A DNA stretch of 64,000 nucleotides, from contig OY759316.1 in assembly GCA_963662275.1 (NCBI GenBank), forward strand, positions 1,728,001 to 1,792,000, written 5' to 3'. The position numbers and the translations under genes were made by a program. This DNA is from Candidatus Cloacimonadales bacterium. Its GTDB lineage: Bacteria > Cloacimonadota > Cloacimonadia > Cloacimonadales > DAONDQ01. The notes under the pieces are model-generated. The model was not told where the DNA came from. It worked only from the letters and a program-made list of their open reading frames with translations, and did no database searches. This document shows, in pieces, positions 33,363-43,025 of this stretch; the stretch's first letter is position 1; each line of letters starts with the position of its first letter.

Positions 33363-33911
33363 ATGAATAAAGACATATTACGATTGAATCAGATCAATCC
33401 TGAACGTCGTGTGATATACTTGGGATTCTTTACAGCATTTGCAGTAATGGTATATATCCTGGAAACATTTATACCCAAGCCATTGCCTTTTTTGAAACTG
33501 GGACTGGCGAATATGGTCGTTTTATTGCTACTCACTTCCGGATATCCATGGTCAGCTCTCTTAGTAGCTATCTGTAAAACTCTTTTTGGCGGATTACTTT
33601 CTGGAACATTTCTAAGTCCTGGTACTTTGTTATCGTTAGGAGGAAGTATCCTGGCATTTACTGTAATGGTGATTGCCAATCGTAATTTCTTTGGATTGAG
33701 CATAATTGGAGTTAGTATTTGCGGAGCAGTTGCACATAATTTAGGGCAAATTATGGTAGCAAGATTAGTAATCATCCGCCAAGATTCCATATTTTATTTG
33801 ACTCCAATCATGATATTAATGGGAATAGCAACAGGATTAATGATTGGATATTTGACTGACATATTCCTGACAGCACTCTCAAAGAAGGTTTTAAATGAAT
33901 CGATTGGATAA
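33363..33911 (+). CDS. Gx transporter family / heptaprenyl diphosphate synthase component I-like membrane protein
   Basis: KLGLANM, SLGG, SICGAVAHNLGQ. Confidence 0.85.
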   Translation: MNKDILRLNQINPERRVIYLGFFTAFAVMVYILETFIPKPLPFLKLGLANMVVLLLLTSGYPWSALLVAICKTLFGGLLSGTFLSPGTLLSLGGSILAFTVMVIANRNFFGLSIIGVSICGAVAHNLGQIMVARLVIIRQDSIFYLTPIMILMGIATGLMIGYLTDIFLTALSKKVLNESIG

Positions 33912-36042
33912 TATCTACAAACATATAAAAGCAATCAGAATCAGTTCGGATACGTGGCGTTATTTAAAATACTTCTGCTATGTTCTCATGGTGTTTGTAG
34001 GTATTGTGGTAGGATTATTCTGGTTTTATAAAGATGAACTGCCTCCTCTCAGCGAACTGCAACACTATACGATGCGTACCGGTTCAGAAGTATATGACCG
34101 TAATGGCAAACTCTTTCATATGTTTGCCTTTGAACAAAGAAAGCTTGTGAATTTGAAGGAATTACCAGCATATGTACCAGATGCCTTGATCGCTTTGGAA
34201 GATAAACACTTCTATCATCATTTCGGCATTGATTTGATTGGTACAACACGTGCTTTTATCATTGATATTTTCCGAGGAAGTTTCTCCCAGGGAGCCAGTA
34301 CTATCACACAACAACTTGCACGAAATATGTTCCTGACTTTAGATAAACAATTACCACGAAAAATAAAGGAAGCTCTCCTTTCTTTCCGTATTGAATCTAA
34401 TTTTTCAAAGGATGAAATACTTGAGATGTACTTCAATAAAATCTATTTCGGGAATGGCGTTTATGGAATAGAAACAGCCTCTCTCTATTATTTCGGAAAG
34501 CATGCTAAAACATTAACCCTTCCTGAAGGGGCAACTCTTGTGGGAATGGTGCAGCGTCCTAATTACTTCGATCCTCAGCGTTTTCCAGAACGAACAACGA
34601 ATCGTCGTAACCTGGTAATCAAGAGAATGCTAGAGGAAAAAAAGATTACAAAAGAACAATACAAAGAAGCAATCCTGGCACCTCTCATATCTGATGCTTC
34701 TATTATGGACGATGATGCAGCAGACTATTTTCTTGAATACATACGTCTCTATCTCGAAAGGAAATATGGAACTAAGAAGCTTTTTGAGGGTGGTTTGAAG
34801 ATCTATACAACAATAGATTTTGATCTAACACAATATGCAGATTCGATGTTGAACCTCCAGTTAACACGTATGGAAGAAAGAAACGGAATGTGGTTCAGAT
34901 ATAAAAAATATGATCGTAAATCAGCGAATATTTCAACTCCTTATCTTCAGGGTGGAGTTCTGACGATGGACAATAAAACCGGATATGTGAGAGCCATGAT
35001 CGGAGGCAGGAATTTTAATCATAGTAAATTCAATCGGATCATGATGGCACGAAGACAACCCGGTTCTGCCTTCAAGCCAATACTATATACCGCAGCAGTG
35101 GAAAAAGGATATACGCCTGCTACAGTAATAAGAGATGAACCCATGGTCTTTACTCTTTCTGATGGGACGACATGGGAACCGCATAATTATAATTTTAATG
35201 AATATTATGGCTTGACTCGAATGCGTGAAGCTATCACGAAATCACAAAATATGTGGGCTGTAAAGACGGTTTACGATATTGGAGTTTCTTCTGTAGTTGC
35301 TGCTGCTTATCGTTTTGGACTTACTTCTCCACAATTACCTACCTATTCAATTGCACTTGGGTCATCGGAAGTAATTCCCCTGGAATTAATTAGTGGATAC
35401 ACAGCATTTCCCAACAATGGTTTTCGAGTAAAACCCATTTTTATTACCCGTGTCGAAGATAAGAAAGGTAAGATTTTAGAACGGGCTCATGAAGAAAAAA
35501 CACCTGTCTGTGACCCTAAAGTGGCGTATTTATTAACAAGCATGATGCAATCAGTCATAGATAATGGTACTGCTACTGTGGTCCGCAGCCAGGGTTATAT
35601 TTGGCCTGCTGCGGGTAAAACCGGCACAACAGATGACTACCGCGATGCCTGGTTCATTGGTTTTAATCGAGAAATGATTACCGGAATATGGGTTGGATTT
35701 GACAACAATCAAAGCATGGGAGCTGGTATGACTGGTGGAGTCGCTTGTGCTCCTGCCTGGCCATATATTATGCGTCGTGCTATTACGAATGATAACGGTG
35801 GACATAGACCTGCCATCAATAACCCCCGTTATACATTCGTTATACCAGAAGGTATTATCACTGCTAATATTAATCCAGTATCAGGATTTCTATCTAAAAA
35901 TCCTGAGAATGGTTTGAATGAGGTCTTTATTGATGGAACTGAACCAAAAGTTACAGCCGATAGCTTGATCTATAACTATTATCCAACTAGATATCGACTT
36001 CGTGACCGCGTCCCGTATACAGTTACAGAAACTGGGAAATAA
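33895..36042 (+). CDS. Class A penicillin-binding protein (PBP1A family)
   Basis: EDKHFYHH, GASTITQQL, RKIKE; SAFK, SQN and KTG motifs. Confidence 0.93.
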   Translation: MNRLDNIYKHIKAIRISSDTWRYLKYFCYVLMVFVGIVVGLFWFYKDELPPLSELQHYTMRTGSEVYDRNGKLFHMFAFEQRKLVNLKELPAYVPDALIALEDKHFYHHFGIDLIGTTRAFIIDIFRGSFSQGASTITQQLARNMFLTLDKQLPRKIKEALLSFRIESNFSKDEILEMYFNKIYFGNGVYGIETASLYYFGKHAKTLTLPEGATLVGMVQRPNYFDPQRFPERTTNRRNLVIKRMLEEKKITKEQYKEAILAPLISDASIMDDDAADYFLEYIRLYLERKYGTKKLFEGGLKIYTTIDFDLTQYADSMLNLQLTRMEERNGMWFRYKKYDRKSANISTPYLQGGVLTMDNKTGYVRAMIGGRNFNHSKFNRIMMARRQPGSAFKPILYTAAVEKGYTPATVIRDEPMVFTLSDGTTWEPHNYNFNEYYGLTRMREAITKSQNMWAVKTVYDIGVSSVVAAAYRFGLTSPQLPTYSIALGSSEVIPLELISGYTAFPNNGFRVKPIFITRVEDKKGKILERAHEEKTPVCDPKVAYLLTSMMQSVIDNGTATVVRSQGYIWPAAGKTGTTDDYRDAWFIGFNREMITGIWVGFDNNQSMGAGMTGGVACAPAWPYIMRRAITNDNGGHRPAINNPRYTFVIPEGIITANINPVSGFLSKNPENGLNEVFIDGTEPKVTADSLIYNYYPTRYRLRDRVPYTVTETGK

Positions 36043-36053
36043 TAGGAGTAATA

Positions 36054-37208
36054 TTGCCGATTTATGAAATTATCCTGATCTGCCTGACATTCATATCCCT
36101 ACAAGTGTGGATTATATATAGTCTGCGATATCGCAAGGGTTTTCTTTCTCTGAAACAGGAATTCAATTATCATAAGAGAAAGGTATCAGTTATCGTTGCT
36201 GCACATAATGAAGAACATAATCTCGTATGTTTATTGACATCTCTTGTAAATCAGACTTATCCAACTGAATTATATGAAATCATCATTGCTGATGATGATT
36301 CTACAGATTCTAGCTGCAATGTTGTACGGGGTTTCATGAAAACATTTCCGAATGTCCGTCTAATTGAAGTAAAAGGACGTGACCAAGTTATTTCTCCCAA
36401 AAAAAATGCTCTTACTCAAGCGATCGCAATTTCAACAGGTGATATCATTCTTACTACTGATGCTGACTGTCTGGTACCCCAAAGATGGGTCGAATCTATG
36501 GTGGCTTCATTCCAGGATGATACTGCAATGGTTGTTGGGTATTCAAGAACTAAATTAAACGATTGGAAAAAGGCTTCTTTAGTTCAGAAATATGAACACA
36601 TGGATTTTGTTGTTATCTATCTTGTTATGGCTGGCAGTTATACGATAGGGAAGAGCTTCGCTGCAATTGGTCAAAATCTTGCCTATTCCAAGGAAGCATT
36701 TCTAAAAGTTGGGGGTTTTTCTAAAATCAATCATATGCTCTCTGGAGACGATGTCAATTTGATGCAGTTAATGCGATTAGCTGGCATGAAAATACATTTC
36801 AATTTCTCATCTCATAGTTTTGTTTATACAACTCCAATTACAAATTGGATGATGTTACTTAATCAAAGGACTCGATGGGCTTCAAACATGAAAACCCAAA
36901 GCTCACTGAATCCTGAATTCTTCTGGATTCTTGTCTCTATTGTCACTTTTTATCTGCTCAATATTACACTATTTTTTGTAGATTGGCGATTAGGTTTGAC
37001 CTTCATGCTGATTAGAGAGTTCATTGAAATAAATTTGTTTTACTTCGGTTTTCCCTATTTGAAAGCAGATCGACGGATGATCTGGTTCTACCCGATTTGG
37101 CAAATTATTCAAGCGATATTTCTTACAACCACAATTATTCTTGGTCAATTCAATTTGTACCGATGGCGCGGACGTAAACCGGTAAAACTTTCATTACCAG
37201 AGAGGTAA
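36054..37208 (+). CDS. Membrane glycosyltransferase family 2
   Basis: SVIVAAHNEE, TDADC, SGDD, QRTRW. Confidence 0.9.
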   Translation: MPIYEIILICLTFISLQVWIIYSLRYRKGFLSLKQEFNYHKRKVSVIVAAHNEEHNLVCLLTSLVNQTYPTELYEIIIADDDSTDSSCNVVRGFMKTFPNVRLIEVKGRDQVISPKKNALTQAIAISTGDIILTTDADCLVPQRWVESMVASFQDDTAMVVGYSRTKLNDWKKASLVQKYEHMDFVVIYLVMAGSYTIGKSFAAIGQNLAYSKEAFLKVGGFSKINHMLSGDDVNLMQLMRLAGMKIHFNFSSHSFVYTTPITNWMMLLNQRTRWASNMKTQSSLNPEFFWILVSIVTFYLLNITLFFVDWRLGLTFMLIREFIEINLFYFGFPYLKADRRMIWFYPIWQIIQAIFLTTTIILGQFNLYRWRGRKPVKLSLPER

Positions 37209-37212
37209 GTAT

Positions 37213-38457
37213 ATGCATGTTATTATTTTTGATGATCATAAGTGGAGTAATTTTAAACCTCTTTCATATGTAAGATCAGTGGGTGACTTACGAGTTGGAA
37301 TTCTCAAACAAAGACAACGTTTATTAGCATATATGGGTTCTGATGAAAATGCTGTCATTGTACCGTCCTTTTTAAAGAAACTTTACCAGGAACGTCACCC
37401 CGATTGGGATATCAATATTACTCCTCTTGAGGTTTGCTTATTTGTCAATTCTCGTCTGAAAGCACATGAAGATATCATACATCAGATTGAAAACTTAGAA
37501 CCAGGGGATGTTATTCAAAATGGGGAAGAGGTCATTGCGTTTTGCATAAAAGGGACAGGAAAGCCCATTTCCTCGGAAACGATAGATACATTGATTTCTA
37601 ATTGCAGTCATAAGATCAGTTCTGAAGCAAATACTTGGCAATATGCATGGGAACTTGTTTCTGAGAATAGCATTTGGATTAAAAGAGATTTTGATGAGTT
37701 TTTTTATGAAAAGGATAATTACTTTGAAACGGAGATGGGAGTAACGATTTTAAACCCCTACCAGGTATGGGTTGGTGAAGATGTAACATTAAAACCGGGA
37801 GTGGTTATCGATGCCAGCGATGGTCCTGTTGTGATAGATGAAAACGCTAAGATAATGTCCAATGCTGTGATCATTGGTCCGGCATATATAGGTAAGAAAA
37901 GCACAATAAAAGTCAGTGCAAAGATATACGAAGGGACGAGTATTGGTCCTGTATGTAAGATTGGAGGAGAAGTTGAGGAATCGATCATCCAGGGTTACAC
38001 AAATAAGCAGCATGATGGCTTTTTAGGTCATTCCTATCTGGGAGAATGGGTGAATATAGGTGCTGATACTAATAACAGTGATTTAAAAAATAACTATGGT
38101 CATGTGAAAATGCATGTTTATCCGGAGAATAAGAAAATAAGTACAGGCACTCAATTCATGGGATGCATTATCGGAGATCATACTAAAATTGGTATCAATT
38201 GTTCAATTAATACAGGAACGGTTATTGGTGTGGCATCCAATCTTTATGGTAAAGATCTGATTACGGATTTTGTTCCTGATTTAAGTTGGGGAGAATATTC
38301 AAATTTAAAGATTTATACTCTTGGAAAATTCATAGAAACTGCTAAATTAGTCAAGGAACGAAGAAAAATGCTCTTTACAAAAACAGAGGAAGAGATATTC
38401 AAGTCTGTCTTTGAAAGTCAAAAAAATAATGAGGTAAATCAATGCAAGAATGTATAG
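37213..38457 (+). CDS. GlmU-related sugar nucleotidyltransferase-like protein with a hexapeptide left-handed beta-helix domain
   Basis: PLSYVRSVGDLRVGI, KIGGEVEESI, NKQHDGFLGHSYLGEWVNIGA. Confidence 0.82.
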   Translation: MHVIIFDDHKWSNFKPLSYVRSVGDLRVGILKQRQRLLAYMGSDENAVIVPSFLKKLYQERHPDWDINITPLEVCLFVNSRLKAHEDIIHQIENLEPGDVIQNGEEVIAFCIKGTGKPISSETIDTLISNCSHKISSEANTWQYAWELVSENSIWIKRDFDEFFYEKDNYFETEMGVTILNPYQVWVGEDVTLKPGVVIDASDGPVVIDENAKIMSNAVIIGPAYIGKKSTIKVSAKIYEGTSIGPVCKIGGEVEESIIQGYTNKQHDGFLGHSYLGEWVNIGADTNNSDLKNNYGHVKMHVYPENKKISTGTQFMGCIIGDHTKIGINCSINTGTVIGVASNLYGKDLITDFVPDLSWGEYSNLKIYTLGKFIETAKLVKERRKMLFTKTEEEIFKSVFESQKNNEVNQCKNV

Positions 38458-39269
38458 AAGTTGAATTCAGATCAGGTCGCCTGGGTTACTATGTGAATCC
38501 CCAGGAGTTGGAAATAAATCCTGATGACCTGGTCATCCTGGAAGTGGAACGTGGTGAAGATATAGCAACTGTTATCCACTTGGCAATTACTAACCCTGAA
38601 ATCGATGCTCTTTGCGAAAGTAGTAAGATACTCAAGATCAAGAGAATCGCATCAGAGGAAGATATCGATAAACTGAATAACATCATTGAAAAGGAAGAGT
38701 CAGCTACTGAAACATTTCTTACTTGTGTGGGTAAGTATGATTTTGAAATGAAACTCATTGAAACCATCTACCAATTTGATGGCAATAAACTTACTTTCTT
38801 TTTTACTGCGGACGGAAGAATTGACTTCAGACAATTTGTCCGTGAATTAGCTAACATTTTTCGTACAAGGATTGAGTTACATCAAACAACAGGTCGTGAT
38901 GAAGCTAAACGCTTGGGTGGATTTGGTATGTGTGGTAATAAATATTGCTGCACTTCCTATATGAAACGATTTAACCAAGTTACAATTAAAATGGCAAAAG
39001 ATCAGAATCTTGCTGGAAACTTGTCCAAAATTTCTGGTCCCTGCGGACGATTGCTTTGTTGTCTGCATTTTGAAGAAGATTACTATGTGGAAACTGCCAG
39101 GGATTTTCCTGAAATGGGTGATAGTATTCAAATCAAAGGGATAACCATGTATGTATTCAAAAATGATTACTATAATAAAAAAGTCTATCTTTCCTCTGAT
39201 GATCAAGTCATTGATACTGTTGACTTAGCGGATTTTCTCCGCTTGAAGGAAATGCAAAAGAAATCATGA
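38442..39269 (+). CDS. ricT: PSP1-domain regulatory Fe-S protein (RicT/YaaT)
   Basis: FTADGRIDFR, GMCG..CC, SKISGPCGRLLCCL. Confidence 0.88.
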   Translation: MQECIEVEFRSGRLGYYVNPQELEINPDDLVILEVERGEDIATVIHLAITNPEIDALCESSKILKIKRIASEEDIDKLNNIIEKEESATETFLTCVGKYDFEMKLIETIYQFDGNKLTFFFTADGRIDFRQFVRELANIFRTRIELHQTTGRDEAKRLGGFGMCGNKYCCTSYMKRFNQVTIKMAKDQNLAGNLSKISGPCGRLLCCLHFEEDYYVETARDFPEMGDSIQIKGITMYVFKNDYYNKKVYLSSDDQVIDTVDLADFLRLKEMQKKS

Positions 39270-40306
39270 AGTTAATTTCCTTTTTTAGTCGATTACCTGA
39301 AGAAAATGATGTCATTTTCAAGGAATTTGAAGAAAAATCGTATCGATTTAAGCAATTGTATCAATGGGTCTATGAGAAACATATCACGAATCCTGATGCC
39401 ATGACTAATTTATCACTTCCACTCAGGGAGAAGATTAAACTAGCTTTTGATTTTTCTTTACCTATCGTCGAAAAGGAAACTAAGTCATCTGATGGAAGCC
39501 GAAAATTCTTACTGAAACTACAGGATGATCAGAAAATTGAAATGGTGCTGATGCCTGGAGATGGCAAAAATACTGTTTGTATCTCTTCCCAGGTAGGTTG
39601 CAGTCGGCACTGCGTTTTCTGTGCAACAGGAAAAATGGGTATGCTGCGTAATCTTGAGATTGAAGAAATTGTCGGTCAGGTATTTTTAGCAGCTGAACTA
39701 TTAGCGGATTTATCACTAACGAATATCGTCTTTATGGGGATGGGGGAACCGTTAGATAATTACGAAAATGTCCTGAAAGCTATCCGTATCATCCAGGCTG
39801 AACCGGGGATGAAGTTTAGCCCGAGACATATGACGGTTTCAACTTGTGGAGTGATACCAAATATTCGAAGATTGGGTGCAAGCGGATTAAAAATGAAATT
39901 AGCTGTTTCTCTGAACTCAGCAATTGAAAGTGTACGAGATAGAATTATGCCCATCAATCGTATCTATCCTCTTTCAGAACTCAAGAAAACTCTCTTGGAT
40001 TTCAGGCAGCGTACAACCTTTCGAGTAACTTATGAATACATTATGATACCTGATATAAACATGAGTGAACAAGATGTAAAAGCGCTTTTTAAGTTCCTTG
40101 GCGATCAATCCTGTAAACTGAACCTGATCTCTTTCAATCCGGTTGCAATGTCATCATATCGAAGTCCGACACCTGTCGAGATCGAAAACTTCATGAATGC
40201 ACTTTCTGAATTGAAGATTGCAGTCATGCTTAGAAAAAGCAGGGGCTCAGATATCACTGCTGCGTGCGGACAACTTGCCAGCCAAGTTATAAAAGAGAAA
40301 AAATAA
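39266..40306 (+). CDS. rlmN: 23S rRNA m2A2503 radical SAM methyltransferase
   Basis: SSQVGCSRHCVFCATG, MGMGEP, AACGQL. Confidence 0.95.
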   Translation: MKLISFFSRLPEENDVIFKEFEEKSYRFKQLYQWVYEKHITNPDAMTNLSLPLREKIKLAFDFSLPIVEKETKSSDGSRKFLLKLQDDQKIEMVLMPGDGKNTVCISSQVGCSRHCVFCATGKMGMLRNLEIEEIVGQVFLAAELLADLSLTNIVFMGMGEPLDNYENVLKAIRIIQAEPGMKFSPRHMTVSTCGVIPNIRRLGASGLKMKLAVSLNSAIESVRDRIMPINRIYPLSELKKTLLDFRQRTTFRVTYEYIMIPDINMSEQDVKALFKFLGDQSCKLNLISFNPVAMSSYRSPTPVEIENFMNALSELKIAVMLRKSRGSDITAACGQLASQVIKEKK

Positions 40307-40354
40307 CTTTACTGAGGCTTGTCTATAGATAATATAAATCAATAATGATAAGAG

Positions 40355-41143
40355 GTGATTATGAATTCTTCAAAGGATATGGCACTAATACTATTTCCTC
40401 ATTTAAATCGTAGACCATGTTTATGTGGTGGAAATCACGAAATCTGTCTGCAATGCAAAGTCTGCCGATTTGAGGAACCAGCTCAACTTCCTTCTGATTT
40501 GGAAAATATAGCGCAATACATCGATCATACAGCATTAAAACCGGAGACTTCTCACAAACAAATTGAAGACTTATGTACGGAAGCTGAAGAATACCAAGTG
40601 ATGGCTGTGTGTGTGAACCCGATTTACGTGAAGCTAGCCAAGAAATTAGTCAACAATGTACTTGTCTGCTCTGTTGTCGGATTTCCTTTAGCCGCTTCTA
40701 AAACAGATATCATCTTCGAAGAAACAAAAATGGCTTTGGAAGATGGTGCTGCTGAAATAGACATGGTGATTAAAACGAATTGGCTGAAAGATAAAAAATA
40801 TAAGGAAATTGAAGAAGAAATAGAGATTATCTCTCAATTAGTGCATAGGTACGATGCAAAATTAAAAGTAATTTTTGAAAATTGCATCCTGACCGATGAA
40901 GAAAAAGTGATCGCCTGTTTATTAGCTAAAAAAGCGGGAGCCGATTTTGTAAAAACATCTACTGGCTTCAACTCTAGCGGTGCTACAGTGGAAGATGTAT
41001 CTTTAATGAGAGCTGTTGTAGGTTTCAAAATTGGCGTAAAAGCGGCAGGTGGTATTCGTACTCGTGAACAGGCAATTAATATGCTGAAGGCTGGTGCAAA
41101 CCGTATTGGTGCAAGTAAAACCGCCGAGATTGTTACAGGCTGA
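40355..41143 (+). CDS. deoC: Deoxyribose-phosphate aldolase with a Cys-rich N-terminal extension
   Basis: IDHTALKP, EIDMV, FVKTSTGF, KAAGGIR. Confidence 0.93.
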   Translation: MIMNSSKDMALILFPHLNRRPCLCGGNHEICLQCKVCRFEEPAQLPSDLENIAQYIDHTALKPETSHKQIEDLCTEAEEYQVMAVCVNPIYVKLAKKLVNNVLVCSVVGFPLAASKTDIIFEETKMALEDGAAEIDMVIKTNWLKDKKYKEIEEEIEIISQLVHRYDAKLKVIFENCILTDEEKVIACLLAKKAGADFVKTSTGFNSSGATVEDVSLMRAVVGFKIGVKAAGGIRTREQAINMLKAGANRIGASKTAEIVTG

Positions 41144-41145
41144 TA

Positions 41146-42534
41146 ATGAAAGTAAAACTTGCTGGTTACAATATCGACACATCTCTCATCAAACAGTTAC
41201 CGGATGTCAATAAAGCAACTCCTGAAGTTCTTTCTGCTGCTTATGCGAGGATTAGCAGAAGTGCAAAAAACGTGACTGAACTTCGAAAGGAATCTTTAGA
41301 AGAAATTGATAAAGCTCGAAAATCAAATCAGAAAATTATCTATGAAATGGGACACAGTTCCGTCGCTGAACATGCTGTCTTCAACTTTGATATTATTGGT
41401 ATTTCACGATATTTAGCTGAATATGTGCAACAAAGCAGGCTTGCTTCCTTCACTGAGAAATCTCAAAGATATGTCACTCTCGAGGGAGATTATGTCATCC
41501 CCAGGGAAATCGCTGATCATCCAATCAAGACTCAATATGTATCACTTATCGAAGAATTGAATCAGCTTTATCAACATCTATATGCACAGGCAATTGAATT
41601 ACCGGAAGTACAAGCTCTTGAACATAGGAGAGATCGAGAAGGACGTGCTAAGGAAGATGCCCGTTATTTCCTTCCTTTGGCTACTGAAACTCAGATGGGA
41701 ATGACTATAAATGCGCGTAACCTGGAGAAAATGCTGAAAAGACTGGATTGTCTTCAATTCCAGGAAGCAGGTGATCTTAAAGCTCTATTATTGAAGGAAA
41801 TCCAACCTGTTGCACCTTCTTTGATTCGTTATACCCAAGCTGAACCGTATGAAAAAAATAGAATATTCCAGGAATCTAGAATTCAACCGATTGACATTCA
41901 GAAAACACGACTTATTGATTATGACCATAATATTGATACTAAAATCCTGGCTCATCTTCTATTTCAAGATAGGGGGGGGACGATTAGAGGTTGGATGGAT
42001 GTTTTTGAAGAATTGGACCAGGCTTTTCAAAAAAGATTCTATGATAAGCTCTTTGAAGGGATGAAGAGTTACCACACGGTTCCCCGTGCCTTTGAATACG
42101 TTAATTTTTCTTTTGAAACTGTCATGTCAGCAACTTGTTTTGCTCAGTTCAAACGGCATAGGATAGCCACGATTCTTCGATCTCCGTATCAATTAAGTGA
42201 TGGGATTGTTATACCTCCATTATTAAGAAATCTACTCTCTGATGATCAAATCGATGTGTTACAGAATAAAGTCTCTGAAATGTTTAATAGCCTGGAAGTA
42301 ATCAATCCTGCAATTTCACCATATATCCTTCTAAATGCTCAAAAACTACAAGTCATTTACCAGATGAATTTGCGGGAAATATACCATTTTGTTCGACTAC
42401 GTTCCGATTCTCATGCTCATTGGGAGATTCGCAATTTATCCAATAAAATGATAGAGTTGCTGAAGGATAAATGCCCTCTTGCTTCTTCCCGTTTGATGGG
42501 TAAAGATCAGTTTGATGAACAGAACCATTCATGA
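41146..42534 (+). CDS. thyX: FAD-dependent thymidylate synthase, tandem-domain form
   Basis: GHSSVAEH, EKSQRY, EDARYFLP; second domain has KRHR and HAHWEIR. Confidence 0.85.
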   Translation: MKVKLAGYNIDTSLIKQLPDVNKATPEVLSAAYARISRSAKNVTELRKESLEEIDKARKSNQKIIYEMGHSSVAEHAVFNFDIIGISRYLAEYVQQSRLASFTEKSQRYVTLEGDYVIPREIADHPIKTQYVSLIEELNQLYQHLYAQAIELPEVQALEHRRDREGRAKEDARYFLPLATETQMGMTINARNLEKMLKRLDCLQFQEAGDLKALLLKEIQPVAPSLIRYTQAEPYEKNRIFQESRIQPIDIQKTRLIDYDHNIDTKILAHLLFQDRGGTIRGWMDVFEELDQAFQKRFYDKLFEGMKSYHTVPRAFEYVNFSFETVMSATCFAQFKRHRIATILRSPYQLSDGIVIPPLLRNLLSDDQIDVLQNKVSEMFNSLEVINPAISPYILLNAQKLQVIYQMNLREIYHFVRLRSDSHAHWEIRNLSNKMIELLKDKCPLASSRLMGKDQFDEQNHS

Positions 42535-42605
42535 CCCCCCTTGGGTGGGTGGGGTACTTTTTTCTTGACGACTGAACCTGCTGATAATTCTTTGTGCATA
42601 CATGT

Positions 42606-42682
<77 letters not shown>

Positions 42683-42694
42683 ATGAAATAGTGT

Positions 42695-42771
42695 GGCGGT
42701 GTAGCTCAGTTGGTTAGAGCAGCGGAATCATAATCCGGAGGTCCGGGGTTCAAATCCCTGCGCCGCTACCA
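42695..42771 (+). tRNA. tRNA-Met (CAT), probably elongator
   Basis: GGCGGTG acceptor stem, CAT anticodon, TTCAA T-loop, CCA end. Confidence 0.88.
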
Positions 42772-42801
42772 TTTTTACTTTCATAAGTGTAATGAACCAG
42801 A

Positions 42802-42878
42802 GCGCCTGTAGCTCAGTTGGATAGAGCATCGGCCTTCTAAGCCGAGGGTCATGGGTTCGAGTCCCGTCAGGCGTGCCA
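42802..42878 (+). tRNA. tRNA-Arg (TCT)
   Basis: TCGGC-CTTCTAA-GCCGA anticodon arm, CCA end. Confidence 0.93.
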
Positions 42879-42910
42879 CAAGTTAATTCAACTATTTTAT
42901 AAAATAACGA

Positions 42911-42986
42911 GGTGGATGTAGTTCAATGGCAGAGCACCGGATTGTGGTTCCGGGCGTTGTGGGTTCGAGTCCCATCTTCCACCCCA
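42911..42986 (+). tRNA. tRNA-His (GTG)
   Basis: G-1, CCGGA-TTGTGGT-TCCGG anticodon arm, C discriminator and CCA end. Confidence 0.93.
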
Positions 42987-42996
42987 GTTTTCGATG

Positions 42997-43024
42997 AAAC
43001 CGATTCAACAGAATCGGTTTTTTT
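42997..43024 (+). terminator. Intrinsic terminator of the tRNA operon (intron target site 2)
   Basis: AAACCGATTC-aaca-GAATCGGTTT followed by TTTT. Confidence 0.85.
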
Positions 43025-43025
43025 G

